A stretch of 42,024 bases of DNA from Bacteroidales bacterium (GCA_049691735.1 JBAVOD010000343.1:1-42024); one strand, 5' to 3'; shown: positions 19,249-29,112, numbered from the stretch's first letter. Notes: a model not told the origin generated them from the sequence alone. Made by a program: numbers and translations.

Positions 19249-21858
19249 ATGGAAGATCAGGAACTTGATATAAATAATCCCGAGGGTATTGAGGATACTC
19301 CCCATGGTCCTGCTGCCCTTCATTCGGTAACGGCATTGTCGGGAATGTACCAGGATTGGTTTCTCGATTATGCTTCATATGTAATACTCGAGCGTGCCGT
19401 TCCGCACCTGAATGACGGGCTTAAACCAGTCCAGCGCCGTATCCTTCACTCAATGAGAAGGATGGATGACGGACGCTACAACAAGGTGGCAAACATCATA
19501 GGCCATACAATGCAGTTTCACCCGCACGGTGATGCATCAATCGGTGATGCCCTTGTTCAGCTTGGACAAAAAGATCTTCTTGTTGATGCCCAGGGTAACT
19601 GGGGCAACATACTTACCGGCGACGGCGCTGCGGCACCGAGATACATTGAGTCGAGGCTTTCTAAATTTGCCCTTGAAGTGGTTTTCAATCCGAAAACAAC
19701 AGAATGGAAACTATCCTACGACGGCCGGAACAAGGAACCTGTTACATTGCCGGTTAAATTCCCGCTTCTCCTCGCCCTTGGTGTTGAGGGAATTGCTGTG
19801 GGTCTCGCTTCAAAGATCCTTCCTCATAATTTCAATGAGATCATTGATGCGTCAATCGACTACCTTATGGGCAAGGATTTCTTTCTTTATCCTGATTTTC
19901 CTACCGGCGGAATGATAGATGTTTCGAGATACAATGACGGCCAGAGGGGAGGTGTGGTAAAGGTACGTGCCAAAATAGAAAAGATCGACAAGAAGGCGCT
20001 GGTAATCACCGAGATCCCTTATGGCAAAACCACACCGAGCCTGATCGAGTCGATCATTAAGGCGAATGACAAGGGAAAGATCAAGATAAAGAAAATAGAC
20101 GACAACACTTCGGCAAACGTTGAAATAGTTGTCTATCTGATGCCCGGTGTTTCGCCCGACAAGACTATCGATGCACTTTATGCCCTTACCGACTGCGAAT
20201 ACTCCATTTCGCCGAATACCTGTGTAATATCGGGCAGTAAACCTTCCTTCATGGGAGTCAGCGATATCCTTCGCTTTTCAACCGACAATACTGTAAAGCT
20301 GCTTACCACTGAGCTGGAGATCAGGCTGAAGGAACTGGGGGAGGAATGGCACCTCTCATCCCTCGAAAAGATCTTCATCGAGGAAAGGATATACAGGGAT
20401 ATTGAGGAATGCGAAACCTGGGAAGCGGTGATCAGCGCCATCGATGAAGGGCTCCGGCCTTTTAAAAAGAGATTGCTGCGCGAAGTAACAAGGGACGATA
20501 TCATCAGGCTGACCGAGATAAAGATAAAGAGGATATCGAAATATGACGCTAAAAAAGCTGATGAGCATATCAAAGGCATTGAGACAGAGCTGGAAGAAGT
20601 AAAGAACCATCTCCGGAACATCATACCCTTTTCCATAAATTATTTCAGACAGATCAAGAAAAAATACGGCAGGGGAAAAGAACGGAAAACGGAGATCCGC
20701 AGCTTTGATACAATACTTGCCACTAAAGTGGTTGCCAACAATGCGAAGCTTTATATCAATTATAAGGAAGGTTTTTTGGGAACAGGCCTGAAAAAGGACG
20801 AGTTTGTGTGCGAATGTTCAGATATTGATGATATTATAGTTATCAGGAAGGATGGGGGATATCTTATTACCAAAGTGGCTGACAAGGTCTTTGTGGGCAA
20901 TGATATTGTCTATGCCCGGGTATTCCTCAAAAATGATGAGCGCACCATATATAATATCGTCTACCAGGATGGTAAAGATGGTCCGATGATGGTAAAGCGT
21001 TGTTCAATCACAGGTCTTACCCGTGATAAGGAATATAATCTTACACATGGGACCGCAGGCTCGAAAATTGTTTATTTCAGCGCTAATCCCAACGGTGAGG
21101 CCGAGGTAATAAAGGTACACCACAAGCCGAAGGCAAGGCTCAAGAAGATGGTCTTCGAGTTTGATTTCGGCCAGCTTGCCATTAAGGGAAAATCGTCGAT
21201 GGGGAATATCCTGACCAAAAATCCCGTGCAACGGATAAGTCTTAAGGAAAAAGGACTTTCAACCCTTGGCGGAAGAAAGATCTGGTTCGATGATGCAGTA
21301 TTCAGGCTCAATGTTGACGGGAGAGGATTATTCCTCGGAGAGTTCAGTGCTGACGACAAGATACTTGTAATCACAAAGAACGGATACTTCAGGGTGACTG
21401 GATTTGATCTCTCGAATCATTTTGAAGACAACATACTGATAATTGAAAAGTATCGTCCAGGGACTGTTTATTCAGTGCTTTACTGGGATGACGAACAGCA
21501 ATATCACTATATTAAACGGTTCATAATTGAGGAATCCGAAAAGCCTCTGTGCTTTATCAGCGAAAGTCCCGAATCGAAGCTGTTAAGTATCACTGAAGTT
21601 GAGTACCCCCGGTTCGAGATACATTTTGGCGGCAAGCACAAGGACCGTGAAAATGAGATCATTGAGGTTGCCGAATTCATCGGGATAAAAAGCTATAAGG
21701 CGAAGGGCAAGCGGCTTACCAGTTACATGGTTGACAATATTGAGGAGATCGGGCCGGTAGTAAAGAAGGAAGCGCCCCCGCCCCCTGACGAAGAAAAGGA
21801 AGAACCGCCTTCAAGAGGAATCCGGTCCGACCCTGCACAAATGACATTGGAGCTTTGA
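19249..21858 (+). CDS. parC: Type IIA topoisomerase A subunit, most likely topoisomerase IV ParC
   Basis: ERAVPHLNDGLKPVQRRIL, HPHGD and the active-site Tyr region AAPRYIESRL. The length is 869 aa with a Pro/Glu-rich tail. It lies immediately downstream of parE. Confidence 0.8.
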   Translation: MEDQELDINNPEGIEDTPHGPAALHSVTALSGMYQDWFLDYASYVILERAVPHLNDGLKPVQRRILHSMRRMDDGRYNKVANIIGHTMQFHPHGDASIGDALVQLGQKDLLVDAQGNWGNILTGDGAAAPRYIESRLSKFALEVVFNPKTTEWKLSYDGRNKEPVTLPVKFPLLLALGVEGIAVGLASKILPHNFNEIIDASIDYLMGKDFFLYPDFPTGGMIDVSRYNDGQRGGVVKVRAKIEKIDKKALVITEIPYGKTTPSLIESIIKANDKGKIKIKKIDDNTSANVEIVVYLMPGVSPDKTIDALYALTDCEYSISPNTCVISGSKPSFMGVSDILRFSTDNTVKLLTTELEIRLKELGEEWHLSSLEKIFIEERIYRDIEECETWEAVISAIDEGLRPFKKRLLREVTRDDIIRLTEIKIKRISKYDAKKADEHIKGIETELEEVKNHLRNIIPFSINYFRQIKKKYGRGKERKTEIRSFDTILATKVVANNAKLYINYKEGFLGTGLKKDEFVCECSDIDDIIVIRKDGGYLITKVADKVFVGNDIVYARVFLKNDERTIYNIVYQDGKDGPMMVKRCSITGLTRDKEYNLTHGTAGSKIVYFSANPNGEAEVIKVHHKPKARLKKMVFEFDFGQLAIKGKSSMGNILTKNPVQRISLKEKGLSTLGGRKIWFDDAVFRLNVDGRGLFLGEFSADDKILVITKNGYFRVTGFDLSNHFEDNILIIEKYRPGTVYSVLYWDDEQQYHYIKRFIIEESEKPLCFISESPESKLLSITEVEYPRFEIHFGGKHKDRENEIIEVAEFIGIKSYKAKGKRLTSYMVDNIEEIGPVVKKEAPPPPDEEKEEPPSRGIRSDPAQMTLEL

Positions 21859-22382
21859 TGGAGCATTTTGACAAAATATTCCTGATAGGATTCATGGGCA
21901 GCGGCAAATCGACCACAGCAAAGAAGCTTGCGTCAAAGCTGGGATGGACTTTCATTGATCTGGATCAAAAAATTGAGGAAAAAGCAGGAAAAAGAATAAC
22001 TCAGATCTTTTCAGGCGAGGGGGAAGACTGGTTCCGCCGGCTTGAATCCGAAACTCTGCGTGAAGCGATCAGTGCCGAACATGCTGTTATATCAACCGGC
22101 GGCGGCACTCCATGCTATTCAGTGAACATGGACCTTATGGTCAGCAGCGGCCTGACTGTCTATCTTAAAATGACTCCTGAACAACTCCGGAACAGATTGT
22201 CTCATTCAACAAGTACGCGGCCCCTGCTGAAGGGTATGAAGGAAGATGAGTTGCTGGGATTTATTGAAAGGAAACTGGATGAACGGGAAAAATGGTACCT
22301 GAAAGCCAGGATTATCGCTGATCCGTCAGTCGGGGGTATGGCTGATTTGTATTCAGAAGTCAGGAAACATGTGGATGGGTGA
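21858..22382 (+). CDS. aroK: Shikimate kinase
   Basis: P-loop GFMGSGKST, DLD, the FRRLE motif and STGGG. ATG 21858 overlaps the parC stop (TGATG). Confidence 0.9.
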   Translation: MEHFDKIFLIGFMGSGKSTTAKKLASKLGWTFIDLDQKIEEKAGKRITQIFSGEGEDWFRRLESETLREAISAEHAVISTGGGTPCYSVNMDLMVSSGLTVYLKMTPEQLRNRLSHSTSTRPLLKGMKEDELLGFIERKLDEREKWYLKARIIADPSVGGMADLYSEVRKHVDG

Positions 22383-22434
22383 ATATTGATTTTAATTTCT
22401 TAATTTAGGATGATCATTTAATACTTCCGGTCCT

Positions 22435-24183
22435 ATGGCAAACAAGCCTCTGACACTCCCCGTTCAAAAGAAAGAAGTATTAACCACATCAGCAGAATGG
22501 GGAAATTTGAAAAGCAGGTTTTCAGGAAAAACCCTTTTCAGGACTAATCTCTACCACCTGATAACCGGAAATCTTTCAGTTCTGGACAATATCTCCAACA
22601 AATGGTTCTTCAGCGAATTATTTGAATATTCCCGCATCACCCACGACATCAACATGCTCCCCGTACTTGGGAAGATCACGGCAAATTCTGGCTTGAGTGA
22701 AAGCCTCCGGCAGAAAGCTTCGGAAGCAGCCGAGACCATTGAGGAATGGCCGCCATCAGGCACCAGGGCAGGTGTTTCATCTGAACAGGAAAAAGCATTG
22801 GAAGCCAGGAAGATACTTGCAGGAGCAAGATTCCCCCAGACAACTGAGATACTCCGGCTGTTGCGTGATAAATCTATCATAATTAAACGGTTGGCACTCT
22901 TTCTTATAGCCAAATTCAAATTGGCCGACATGTCACAGGAGGTCTGCGAATGCCTTAATATCCCGGGTCTGGAGGAAGATGCCATTAATGCTCTGGAAGC
23001 ACTGGGCAGTTCAGCAATTAAGGAGATAAACAGATTTTATCTCAGATCTTCAGGTAATATTAATACGTCAATAGCAGTTCTCAGGCTTTTTTCAAGGACC
23101 TGCCCAAAAGAGAACATGTCATTCCTGGTTGAACGGCTCGGGTCAAATTCAAGGCAGATAAGGGAAGTAGGGGCATGTGCACTTGTTAAATGCGGTTACG
23201 GTCCGAATGATCAGGAAAGAGAGCATCTGCACGACATTATTTTCGGGGTATTCGAGACCCTGACATGGATAAATTCGGGGAAAATCACCCTTGAGATGAA
23301 TAATGAACCTCGCCTGCTGAAGGAAATGGACAAGGAATATAACAGATGGAAAGATTACCTTTTAAACCTCCTGCACATTGTCTACGGCCAGGGAGACAAC
23401 GCAGCATCAAAAGCCGGGCATGACCTTGTAAGCAAGGCTATACCTGAGCTTACTCAACTGATATTTGGTAACAGTTCAAACCACGGGAAAGAGAATATGT
23501 CCCGAGCCATTGCAGAAAAAAGGATAAACAAAAAGCTTCAGCATTATTTTCCCATGGATATCCCCGGTTACAGGGACCTGCTTGAAGACATAATTAACTG
23601 TGATTATAACCTGTTGGGCATCTGGACAAAATCGAGCGCTCTCAGGATCGTTCCGGGAATAGAGACCAGGGAGCTTGGCGAATCGGTTGCGGCGCTTTTA
23701 TTCAGTCCCGAAGAAATTCTGCGGGAGGAGGCAACCAGGCTCATGGCGCGCTCGGGCATAAGCCTTTATAAAACTACATCGGACCGCATACCCGAATCCT
23801 CAAAGAGAAAGCTTGACGGAATCATTTCAGGGGAAACAGACAGCAATGAGCTGCTTTATGAAAAAACGCGGTTCCTTGCCTCATGCTTTGACAGGATCAT
23901 CGAGGATGAATTACTTGTGCTGGCTGAAAGCCTTGAGTTCTCGAGGGATTTGAGGGGCATCCCCGAACGCGCCGACGATGGTTCGATAATCTGGACAGTT
24001 GGTCCAGGAAAGGAAATGTCGGTTAAGGTGATTTATAAAGATTCCGGCAGGAGAGAACATACTGAACCGAAGGGCGAATCGTTCTTTTATGAACTGCCCC
24101 TCAGTGCAGTCAGGGAATTCAACACGATGTACCCCGGTAGCTCATTCGGGTTATTCGGATATATTGACGAACATGAGGAATAA
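22435..24183 (+). CDS. Hypothetical protein, mostly alpha-helical HEAT/ARM-like repeats with a beta-rich C-terminal domain
   Basis: Repeated helical units resemble HEAT repeats (LLRDKSIIIKRLALFLIAKF, ERLGSNSRQIREVGACALVKCG, LLFSPEEILREEATRLMARSG). The C-terminal roughly 110 aa (ELLYEKTRFLASCFDRIIEDELLVLAE...) weakly resemble the start of a cNMP-binding-like barrel. I recognised no catalytic motif. Confidence 0.5.
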   Translation: MANKPLTLPVQKKEVLTTSAEWGNLKSRFSGKTLFRTNLYHLITGNLSVLDNISNKWFFSELFEYSRITHDINMLPVLGKITANSGLSESLRQKASEAAETIEEWPPSGTRAGVSSEQEKALEARKILAGARFPQTTEILRLLRDKSIIIKRLALFLIAKFKLADMSQEVCECLNIPGLEEDAINALEALGSSAIKEINRFYLRSSGNINTSIAVLRLFSRTCPKENMSFLVERLGSNSRQIREVGACALVKCGYGPNDQEREHLHDIIFGVFETLTWINSGKITLEMNNEPRLLKEMDKEYNRWKDYLLNLLHIVYGQGDNAASKAGHDLVSKAIPELTQLIFGNSSNHGKENMSRAIAEKRINKKLQHYFPMDIPGYRDLLEDIINCDYNLLGIWTKSSALRIVPGIETRELGESVAALLFSPEEILREEATRLMARSGISLYKTTSDRIPESSKRKLDGIISGETDSNELLYEKTRFLASCFDRIIEDELLVLAESLEFSRDLRGIPERADDGSIIWTVGPGKEMSVKVIYKDSGRREHTEPKGESFFYELPLSAVREFNTMYPGSSFGLFGYIDEHEE

Positions 24184-24209
24184 ACTTCCGGCATAATTTT
24201 AAACAGCCT

Positions 24210-27200
24210 ATGGCTTCAGAGACAAAAGACGAAAATTTCAATCCTTTCCCCGGATTGCGACCGTATACTCCCGGTGATGCCGATTTCTTTTTTGGCCGGC
24301 AGGGAGAAAGCGAAGAGATCGCCAGGAAGGTGATTGAGAACCGGTTCGTGGCACTGATAGGGGCGTCGGGAACCGGCAAATCGTCACTGATCCGATGCGG
24401 ATTGATCCCGGCGATCAGGAAATTGTCGCAGGAGGATTTCCAGTCATGGAAAATTGTAATGATGAATCCCGGCCGTAATCCGTTTGACAGCCTGGCTGAA
24501 GCAATTTCCGTAGCGTTTCCGGATAATGAATATAAAGGCACTATAAGGGGATTACTGAAAGAGAGTACAAAAGGTATCCCGGATATTCTTTCTCTTCTGC
24601 ACCTGAAAAAGGATTCAAAAATATTGCTGGTGATTGACCAGCTTGAGCAGTTGTTCAGATATGGTCAGCCCGAAACAGGTACAGGGCTCAACAGGGAAAC
24701 ACCGGCATTCCTGAATCTTCTGACCCGGGCAATCCTTGATTCTGCCCCGGGGTTTTACCTTGCAGTGGCCATCAGGTCTGACCTCCTGGCTGAGTGTGCT
24801 CATCATAAGGGATTTACGCAGATCATTAACAATTCGAATTACCTTTTACCCAAAATGACCCGCGACAATGTGCGCGAAGTCATTGAGGGTCCGGTAAAAA
24901 GGGCAGGAGCTGCTATCGACCCGGCGCTCGTTGCCCATATGACGGATGAAGTCATTGACGTGGTCGAACAATTGCCCTTGCTCCAGCATGCCCTGATGAG
25001 GACATGGGAAAGCTGGAAGGAGCTTGATGAGCCGGGCAGGCCTATCGGATTCGATGACTATAATTCAATAGGAACAGTGAAGGGCGCTATTTCGCGCCAT
25101 GCTGACGAGATATATGGGTCATTGTCGAATGGATCAAAAGTGATCTGTGAGAAGCTATTTAAGATCATCACCGGAAAGGGTTCAGATAACAAAGGGATAA
25201 GGTATCCTTCAAACGTCAGGACTATAAGATCAGCCATCCACTGCACCGGGGAGGAACTTTTTGAGGTAATTGACAAATACAGGGATCCGTCAATCTTTCT
25301 ACTTAACCCCGACAGCACTGTTGCACTTAATGATGATTCAATTATCGACCTTTCCCATGAAAGCCTGATCACCCTGTGGGACCGGCTTAAAATGTGGGTG
25401 AACGAGGAGAACCAGTCTGTAGAATTATATCTGCATCTGTCAGAGGCTTCTGCATTGTATCAGCAGGGGAAAACAGGTTTGCTTAAACCACCCGACCTTC
25501 AGCTTGCCATCGACTGGCGCGAAAAGAACAATCCTGACCTGTGGTGGGCTCAGAAATACAATCCTGCCTTTGAAAGGGCAATGGTTTACCTTCGCACAAG
25601 TGAAAAGGAATTCGCTGAAGCGGAAGAAAGAAAAGCACGCCAGCAAAGGTGGAGGCTCAGGAGAACAAGGATCTTTACTTCGATCACAGGAGGATTGGCA
25701 GTAATTACTGCACTGATCACAATCGGTGCCCTGGTGTCGAAATTTTCGGCCGACAACCGGAGGCGGATGGCTGAAAGAATGATGGAGGAAATTACAGCCG
25801 AGAAGGATGCTGCCGGTCATTATGCAACAATCGCTATCAAACGATCTGTCGAATCGGATTCTATTGCAAGCGAAGCCACCAGGAAGCAAAACCAGGAAAG
25901 GCTGCTGCGCGAAAAAGCTGAACAGGACTATCAGGCAGCTGAAAGGGAGGCAATGACAGCCCACGCTGAATCGGAAACCGCAATTAAGACAGCCAGATCG
26001 GTAGCTGAGGCAAAGGATGAAATGCAGCGCCAGCGGATGCTGTCGATCTCAAAATCTATGTCGCTGAGGTCGCTGCAGATGAAAGGAGAGAAGGATCTTC
26101 AGGCCCTCCTTGCTTACCAGGCATATCTCTTCAACAGGAACAATAGGGGCAAAACCAACGACCCCGATATATACGAAGGCATGTATAACCTCGCAAAGCT
26201 TAATGGAAGCGCTCTCCTCAGGAGTTTCACCGGTTATTCGGGACAGGTCAGCAGCATAGCCTTTGTACCGGGAAAGAAAGAATTTTTTACAGCTGATTCC
26301 GAGGGGAAGGTCCTTAAATGGGATCTCGACAGCAAGGCAAATAGCTTCCAGGTCGTTTATTCGAATTCTGAAGTGATCGATGTACTTGCAGTAAGTCCTG
26401 ACGCCGGCTGGCTTGCATGCGGAGGTGAAAGTGCAGGGATTAAAATGATACCTCTTCAGGGCAGCATTCCAGAATATGAACTTAAGGGGCATTCAGGTAA
26501 GATCAGATCTCTCGTCTTCTCCTTTGATGGCAGGTACCTGTATTCAGCGGCGCTTGACGGAAAGGTGCTAAAGTGGGATCTCTCAACCAAAGCATCCGTC
26601 GAATTGACGACAACTATGGCAAAGGTGACCTCGATTGATCTCTCGTCTGATAACAGGTATATTGCAGGAGTTGGCAGCAACGGGCAGGCAGTGGTCTGGA
26701 ATCCTGGGCAGAATGCTGAGCGGTTTACAATCGGTTCGGAGGGAAGGACCATCAGGACAATCAGGTTCAAGCCCGGAGAGGAGGAGGTTGCAGTAGGTTA
26801 CGATGACGGAATGGTCGAGCTCTGGGATGCCGGATCAAAATCAATGATCTCGGAATTCCGAGCCCATCCTGGCGAAGTCAGCAATATACGTTTTAACAAC
26901 AGGCAGAAGCAGATGGCCACTTCAGGCAGTGATGGCACGCTGAAACTGTGGGACACCGGTGATCTGACGAGCCTGCCTGTCAGCTTTGGAAACAATAACG
27001 GGCTGGTGGTTACCTTCGAATTCAGTCCCGACGGCGAAGTGATTTTATCGGCTGGTATAGAGGGAAAACCGGAGATCCGGAGGCGGCCTGCTTATGCTGA
27101 CCTATTCGCAGCCGATGGATGCTCGTATGTCACAAGGAACTTTACTCCGGAGGAATGGATTGCTTATGTCGGCCGCGATATCGCATACGAGAAAACCTGC

Positions 27201-27242
27201 CCTGAATCGGATTTCAAGATCATCATCAGGGAAATCAGGTAA
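24210..27242 (+). CDS. STAND-type P-loop NTPase with a hydrophobic helix, a coiled coil and a 7-bladed WD40 propeller
   Basis: N-terminal signature NPFPGLRPYTPGDADFFFGRQGE, Walker A GASGTGKS (nt 24360-24383) and Walker B ILLVIDQLE (nt 24621-24647). Also an R-rich flanked hydrophobic helix, a charged coiled coil, seven WD40-like blades and the C-terminal cap FTPEEWIAYVG..YEKTCPE. Confidence 0.85.
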   Translation: MASETKDENFNPFPGLRPYTPGDADFFFGRQGESEEIARKVIENRFVALIGASGTGKSSLIRCGLIPAIRKLSQEDFQSWKIVMMNPGRNPFDSLAEAISVAFPDNEYKGTIRGLLKESTKGIPDILSLLHLKKDSKILLVIDQLEQLFRYGQPETGTGLNRETPAFLNLLTRAILDSAPGFYLAVAIRSDLLAECAHHKGFTQIINNSNYLLPKMTRDNVREVIEGPVKRAGAAIDPALVAHMTDEVIDVVEQLPLLQHALMRTWESWKELDEPGRPIGFDDYNSIGTVKGAISRHADEIYGSLSNGSKVICEKLFKIITGKGSDNKGIRYPSNVRTIRSAIHCTGEELFEVIDKYRDPSIFLLNPDSTVALNDDSIIDLSHESLITLWDRLKMWVNEENQSVELYLHLSEASALYQQGKTGLLKPPDLQLAIDWREKNNPDLWWAQKYNPAFERAMVYLRTSEKEFAEAEERKARQQRWRLRRTRIFTSITGGLAVITALITIGALVSKFSADNRRRMAERMMEEITAEKDAAGHYATIAIKRSVESDSIASEATRKQNQERLLREKAEQDYQAAEREAMTAHAESETAIKTARSVAEAKDEMQRQRMLSISKSMSLRSLQMKGEKDLQALLAYQAYLFNRNNRGKTNDPDIYEGMYNLAKLNGSALLRSFTGYSGQVSSIAFVPGKKEFFTADSEGKVLKWDLDSKANSFQVVYSNSEVIDVLAVSPDAGWLACGGESAGIKMIPLQGSIPEYELKGHSGKIRSLVFSFDGRYLYSAALDGKVLKWDLSTKASVELTTTMAKVTSIDLSSDNRYIAGVGSNGQAVVWNPGQNAERFTIGSEGRTIRTIRFKPGEEEVAVGYDDGMVELWDAGSKSMISEFRAHPGEVSNIRFNNRQKQMATSGSDGTLKLWDTGDLTSLPVSFGNNNGLVVTFEFSPDGEVILSAGIEGKPEIRRRPAYADLFAADGCSYVTRNFTPEEWIAYVGRDIAYEKTCPESDFKIIIREIR
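25671..25739 (+). other. Predicted transmembrane or hydrophobic helix inside the STAND-WD40 protein
   Basis: IFTSITGGLAVITALITIGALVS (residues 488-510) is preceded by RKARQQRWRLRRTR and followed by KFSADNRRRMAERMMEE. Confidence 0.6.
26214..27070 (+). other. Seven WD40-like blades forming a beta-propeller domain of the STAND protein
   Basis: Seven units of about 41 aa end in WD-like dipeptides: KVLKWDL, GIKMIPL, KVLKWDL, AVVWNP, VELWDA, LKLWDT and a terminal degenerate blade. Confidence 0.8.
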
Positions 27243-27246
27243 GACT

Positions 27247-27281
27247 GAAGCACGAAGCCCGAAGCCGGAAGACCGAAAAGT
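27247..27281. repeat. Degenerate heptamer tandem repeat (GAAGCNN, about 5 copies)
   Basis: The units are gaagcac, gaagccc, gaagccg, gaagacc and gaaaagt, starting 5 nt after the STAND gene stop. Confidence 0.7.
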
Positions 27282-27304
27282 ACCATTATAAGGCTCCCTA
27301 TAAA

Positions 27305-27520
27305 GGCAGAAAAGCCAAACAGAATGCACTGATATGCCCCCCTCACAGGGGGGTTGGGGGGTTGTTAAATGCTTATAGACAAATGTAAACTACCCCCTGG
27401 GAGGGGGACAAAAAAGAGTGCCATTATTAAAATCCCGGGTTAAACAGAATGCAGTTTCCTGCCCCTCTCTCAGGGTGGTTGGAGGGTCGTTAAATGTTTA
27501 TCGGCAAATTTGACTACTTT
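27305..27520. repeat. Intergenic repeat locus 4: composite of three GC-hairpin units with conserved flanks
   Basis: The 5' flank ggcagaaaagccaaacagaatgcactg (27305-27331) matches 29133-29159 at 25 of 27 positions. The cores are CCCCCCTCACAGGGGGGTTGGGGGG (27337-27361), CCCCCTGGGAGGGGG (27393-27407) and the degenerate gcccctctctcagggtggttggagggt (27461-27487). GTTAAATG(C/T)TT tails are present. Confidence 0.85.
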
Positions 27521-27591
27521 TGAGGCCGAAAATTTATTGACCCACGAACAAGGACTGATTAATTTCTGTTTAACAATTGAATAATTTGAAA

Positions 27592-29112
27592 ATGAAAAAT
27601 AAGAAAACCCTGTTAATGATCCTCGACGGCTGGGGAATAGGTGACGGATCAGTTGCCGATGTCATAAGCCAGGTACCGACCCCCAACATCACTTCATTCA
27701 AAAAAAAATATCCGAATTCCAGGCTTCACGCTTCGGGCGAGGATGTCGGCCTTCCTGAAGGACAGATGGGAAATTCGGAAGTCGGGCATCTCAATATCGG
27801 AGCAGGCAGGATCATTTACCAGGATCTTGTCAAGATAAACAAAGAATGCAAAAACGGAGCTATTAATAAGAACAAGGTGCTGACCGATGCCTTCTCGTAC
27901 GCAAGGGACAATAACAAGCAGGTCCATTTTTTCGGGCTTCTGTCCGATGGGGGCGTCCATTCACTTGACAAGCATCTTTATTACCTGTGTGACATGACCG
28001 GTGACTATGATCTTAAAAAGGTGTTCATTCACGGTTTCGGCGATGGAAGGGATACCGATCCGCGGAGTGGCGTCGGTTATATGCAAAACCTTATCGAACA
28101 TCTAAAAACATCCCACGCGAAAGTAGCATCGTTCGTAGGCAGATATTATGCGATGGACAGGGACAAAAGATGGGAAAGAATAAAGGAAGCTTATGATCTG
28201 ATAGTTAACGGAAAGGGAACCCCGACCACTGACATAGTATCGGCAATGCGGGAATCATACGACAATGAGGTTACCGACGAATTCATGAAACCGATTGCAG
28301 TCGTTGACGGGAAAGGCGAAGCCATCGGAAAGCTTAAGGAAGGCGACGTTGTAGTTTTTTTCAACTTCAGGAACGACAGGGCCAAAGAGCTTACAATTGC
28401 GCTTACCCAAAAAGATATGCCTGAATTCGGAATGAAAACGATGCCTCTGTACTATTGCACTATGACGCCCTATGATGCCACCTTCAAAGGTATGCATGTA
28501 ATCTATCCTAAGGATAACGTTGATAATACAATAGGGGAGATCCTCTCGGCCAAAGGAAAAACTCAGCTCAGAATTGCCGAGACTGAAAAATACGCTCACG
28601 TTACTTTCTTCTTTTCGGGAGGCCGTGAAGAGGTCTTCAAAAATGAGGACAGGATCCTGATCCCTTCGCCCAGGGTTGCAACATATGATCTTCAACCTGA
28701 GATGAGCGCCTACGGTGTAAAAGAGGCTGTGATCAAAGCAATAAACTTGGGAAAGTATGACTTTATCTGCCTTAATTTCGCAAATGGCGATATGGTTGGC
28801 CATACAGGGGTATATGAAGCTATAAAGAAGGCGATAGCAGTAGTGGATGAATGTGCAGGTGCCGTGGCAAATGCTGCCAGAAACATGGGGTATGATGTCC
28901 TTATAATTGCCGATCACGGTAATGCGGATAAGGCTCTTAATGAAGACGGGACACCCAATACGGCACACTCGCTCAACCCGGTACCCTGCATATTGTTAAC
29001 AGATGATTACACTTCGATCAGGGAAGGCATCCTCGCGGATGTGGCTCCGACGCTGCTTACAATAATGGGGATAGAGGTACCGAAAGAGATGACAGGTAAG
29101 GCGCTGGTTTGA
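27592..29112 (+). CDS. gpmI: 2,3-bisphosphoglycerate-independent phosphoglycerate mutase
   Basis: [33 protein letters not shown] and ADHGNA motifs. I preferred ATG 27592 (MKNKKTLL) to the TTG at 27577. Confidence 0.93.
   Translation: MKNKKTLLMILDGWGIGDGSVADVISQVPTPNITSFKKKYPNSRLHASGEDVGLPEGQMGNSEVGHLNIGAGRIIYQDLVKINKECKNGAINKNKVLTDAFSYARDNNKQVHFFGLLSDGGVHSLDKHLYYLCDMTGDYDLKKVFIHGFGDGRDTDPRSGVGYMQNLIEHLKTSHAKVASFVGRYYAMDRDKRWERIKEAYDLIVNGKGTPTTDIVSAMRESYDNEVTDEFMKPIAVVDGKGEAIGKLKEGDVVVFFNFRNDRAKELTIALTQKDMPEFGMKTMPLYYCTMTPYDATFKGMHVIYPKDNVDNTIGEILSAKGKTQLRIAETEKYAHVTFFFSGGREEVFKNEDRILIPSPRVATYDLQPEMSAYGVKEAVIKAINLGKYDFICLNFANGDMVGHTGVYEAIKKAIAVVDECAGAVANAARNMGYDVLIIADHGNADKALNEDGTPNTAHSLNPVPCILLTDDYTSIREGILADVAPTLLTIMGIEVPKEMTGKALV

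Noticed and set aside
17375-21858. Calling the type IIA topoisomerase pair gyrB/gyrA.
   Set aside because: Adjacency of the B and A subunits, the shorter B subunit (615 aa) and an A subunit with no GyrA-box-like motif that I could see all favour topoisomerase IV. This is not proven without phylogeny, so confidence is set at 0.8.
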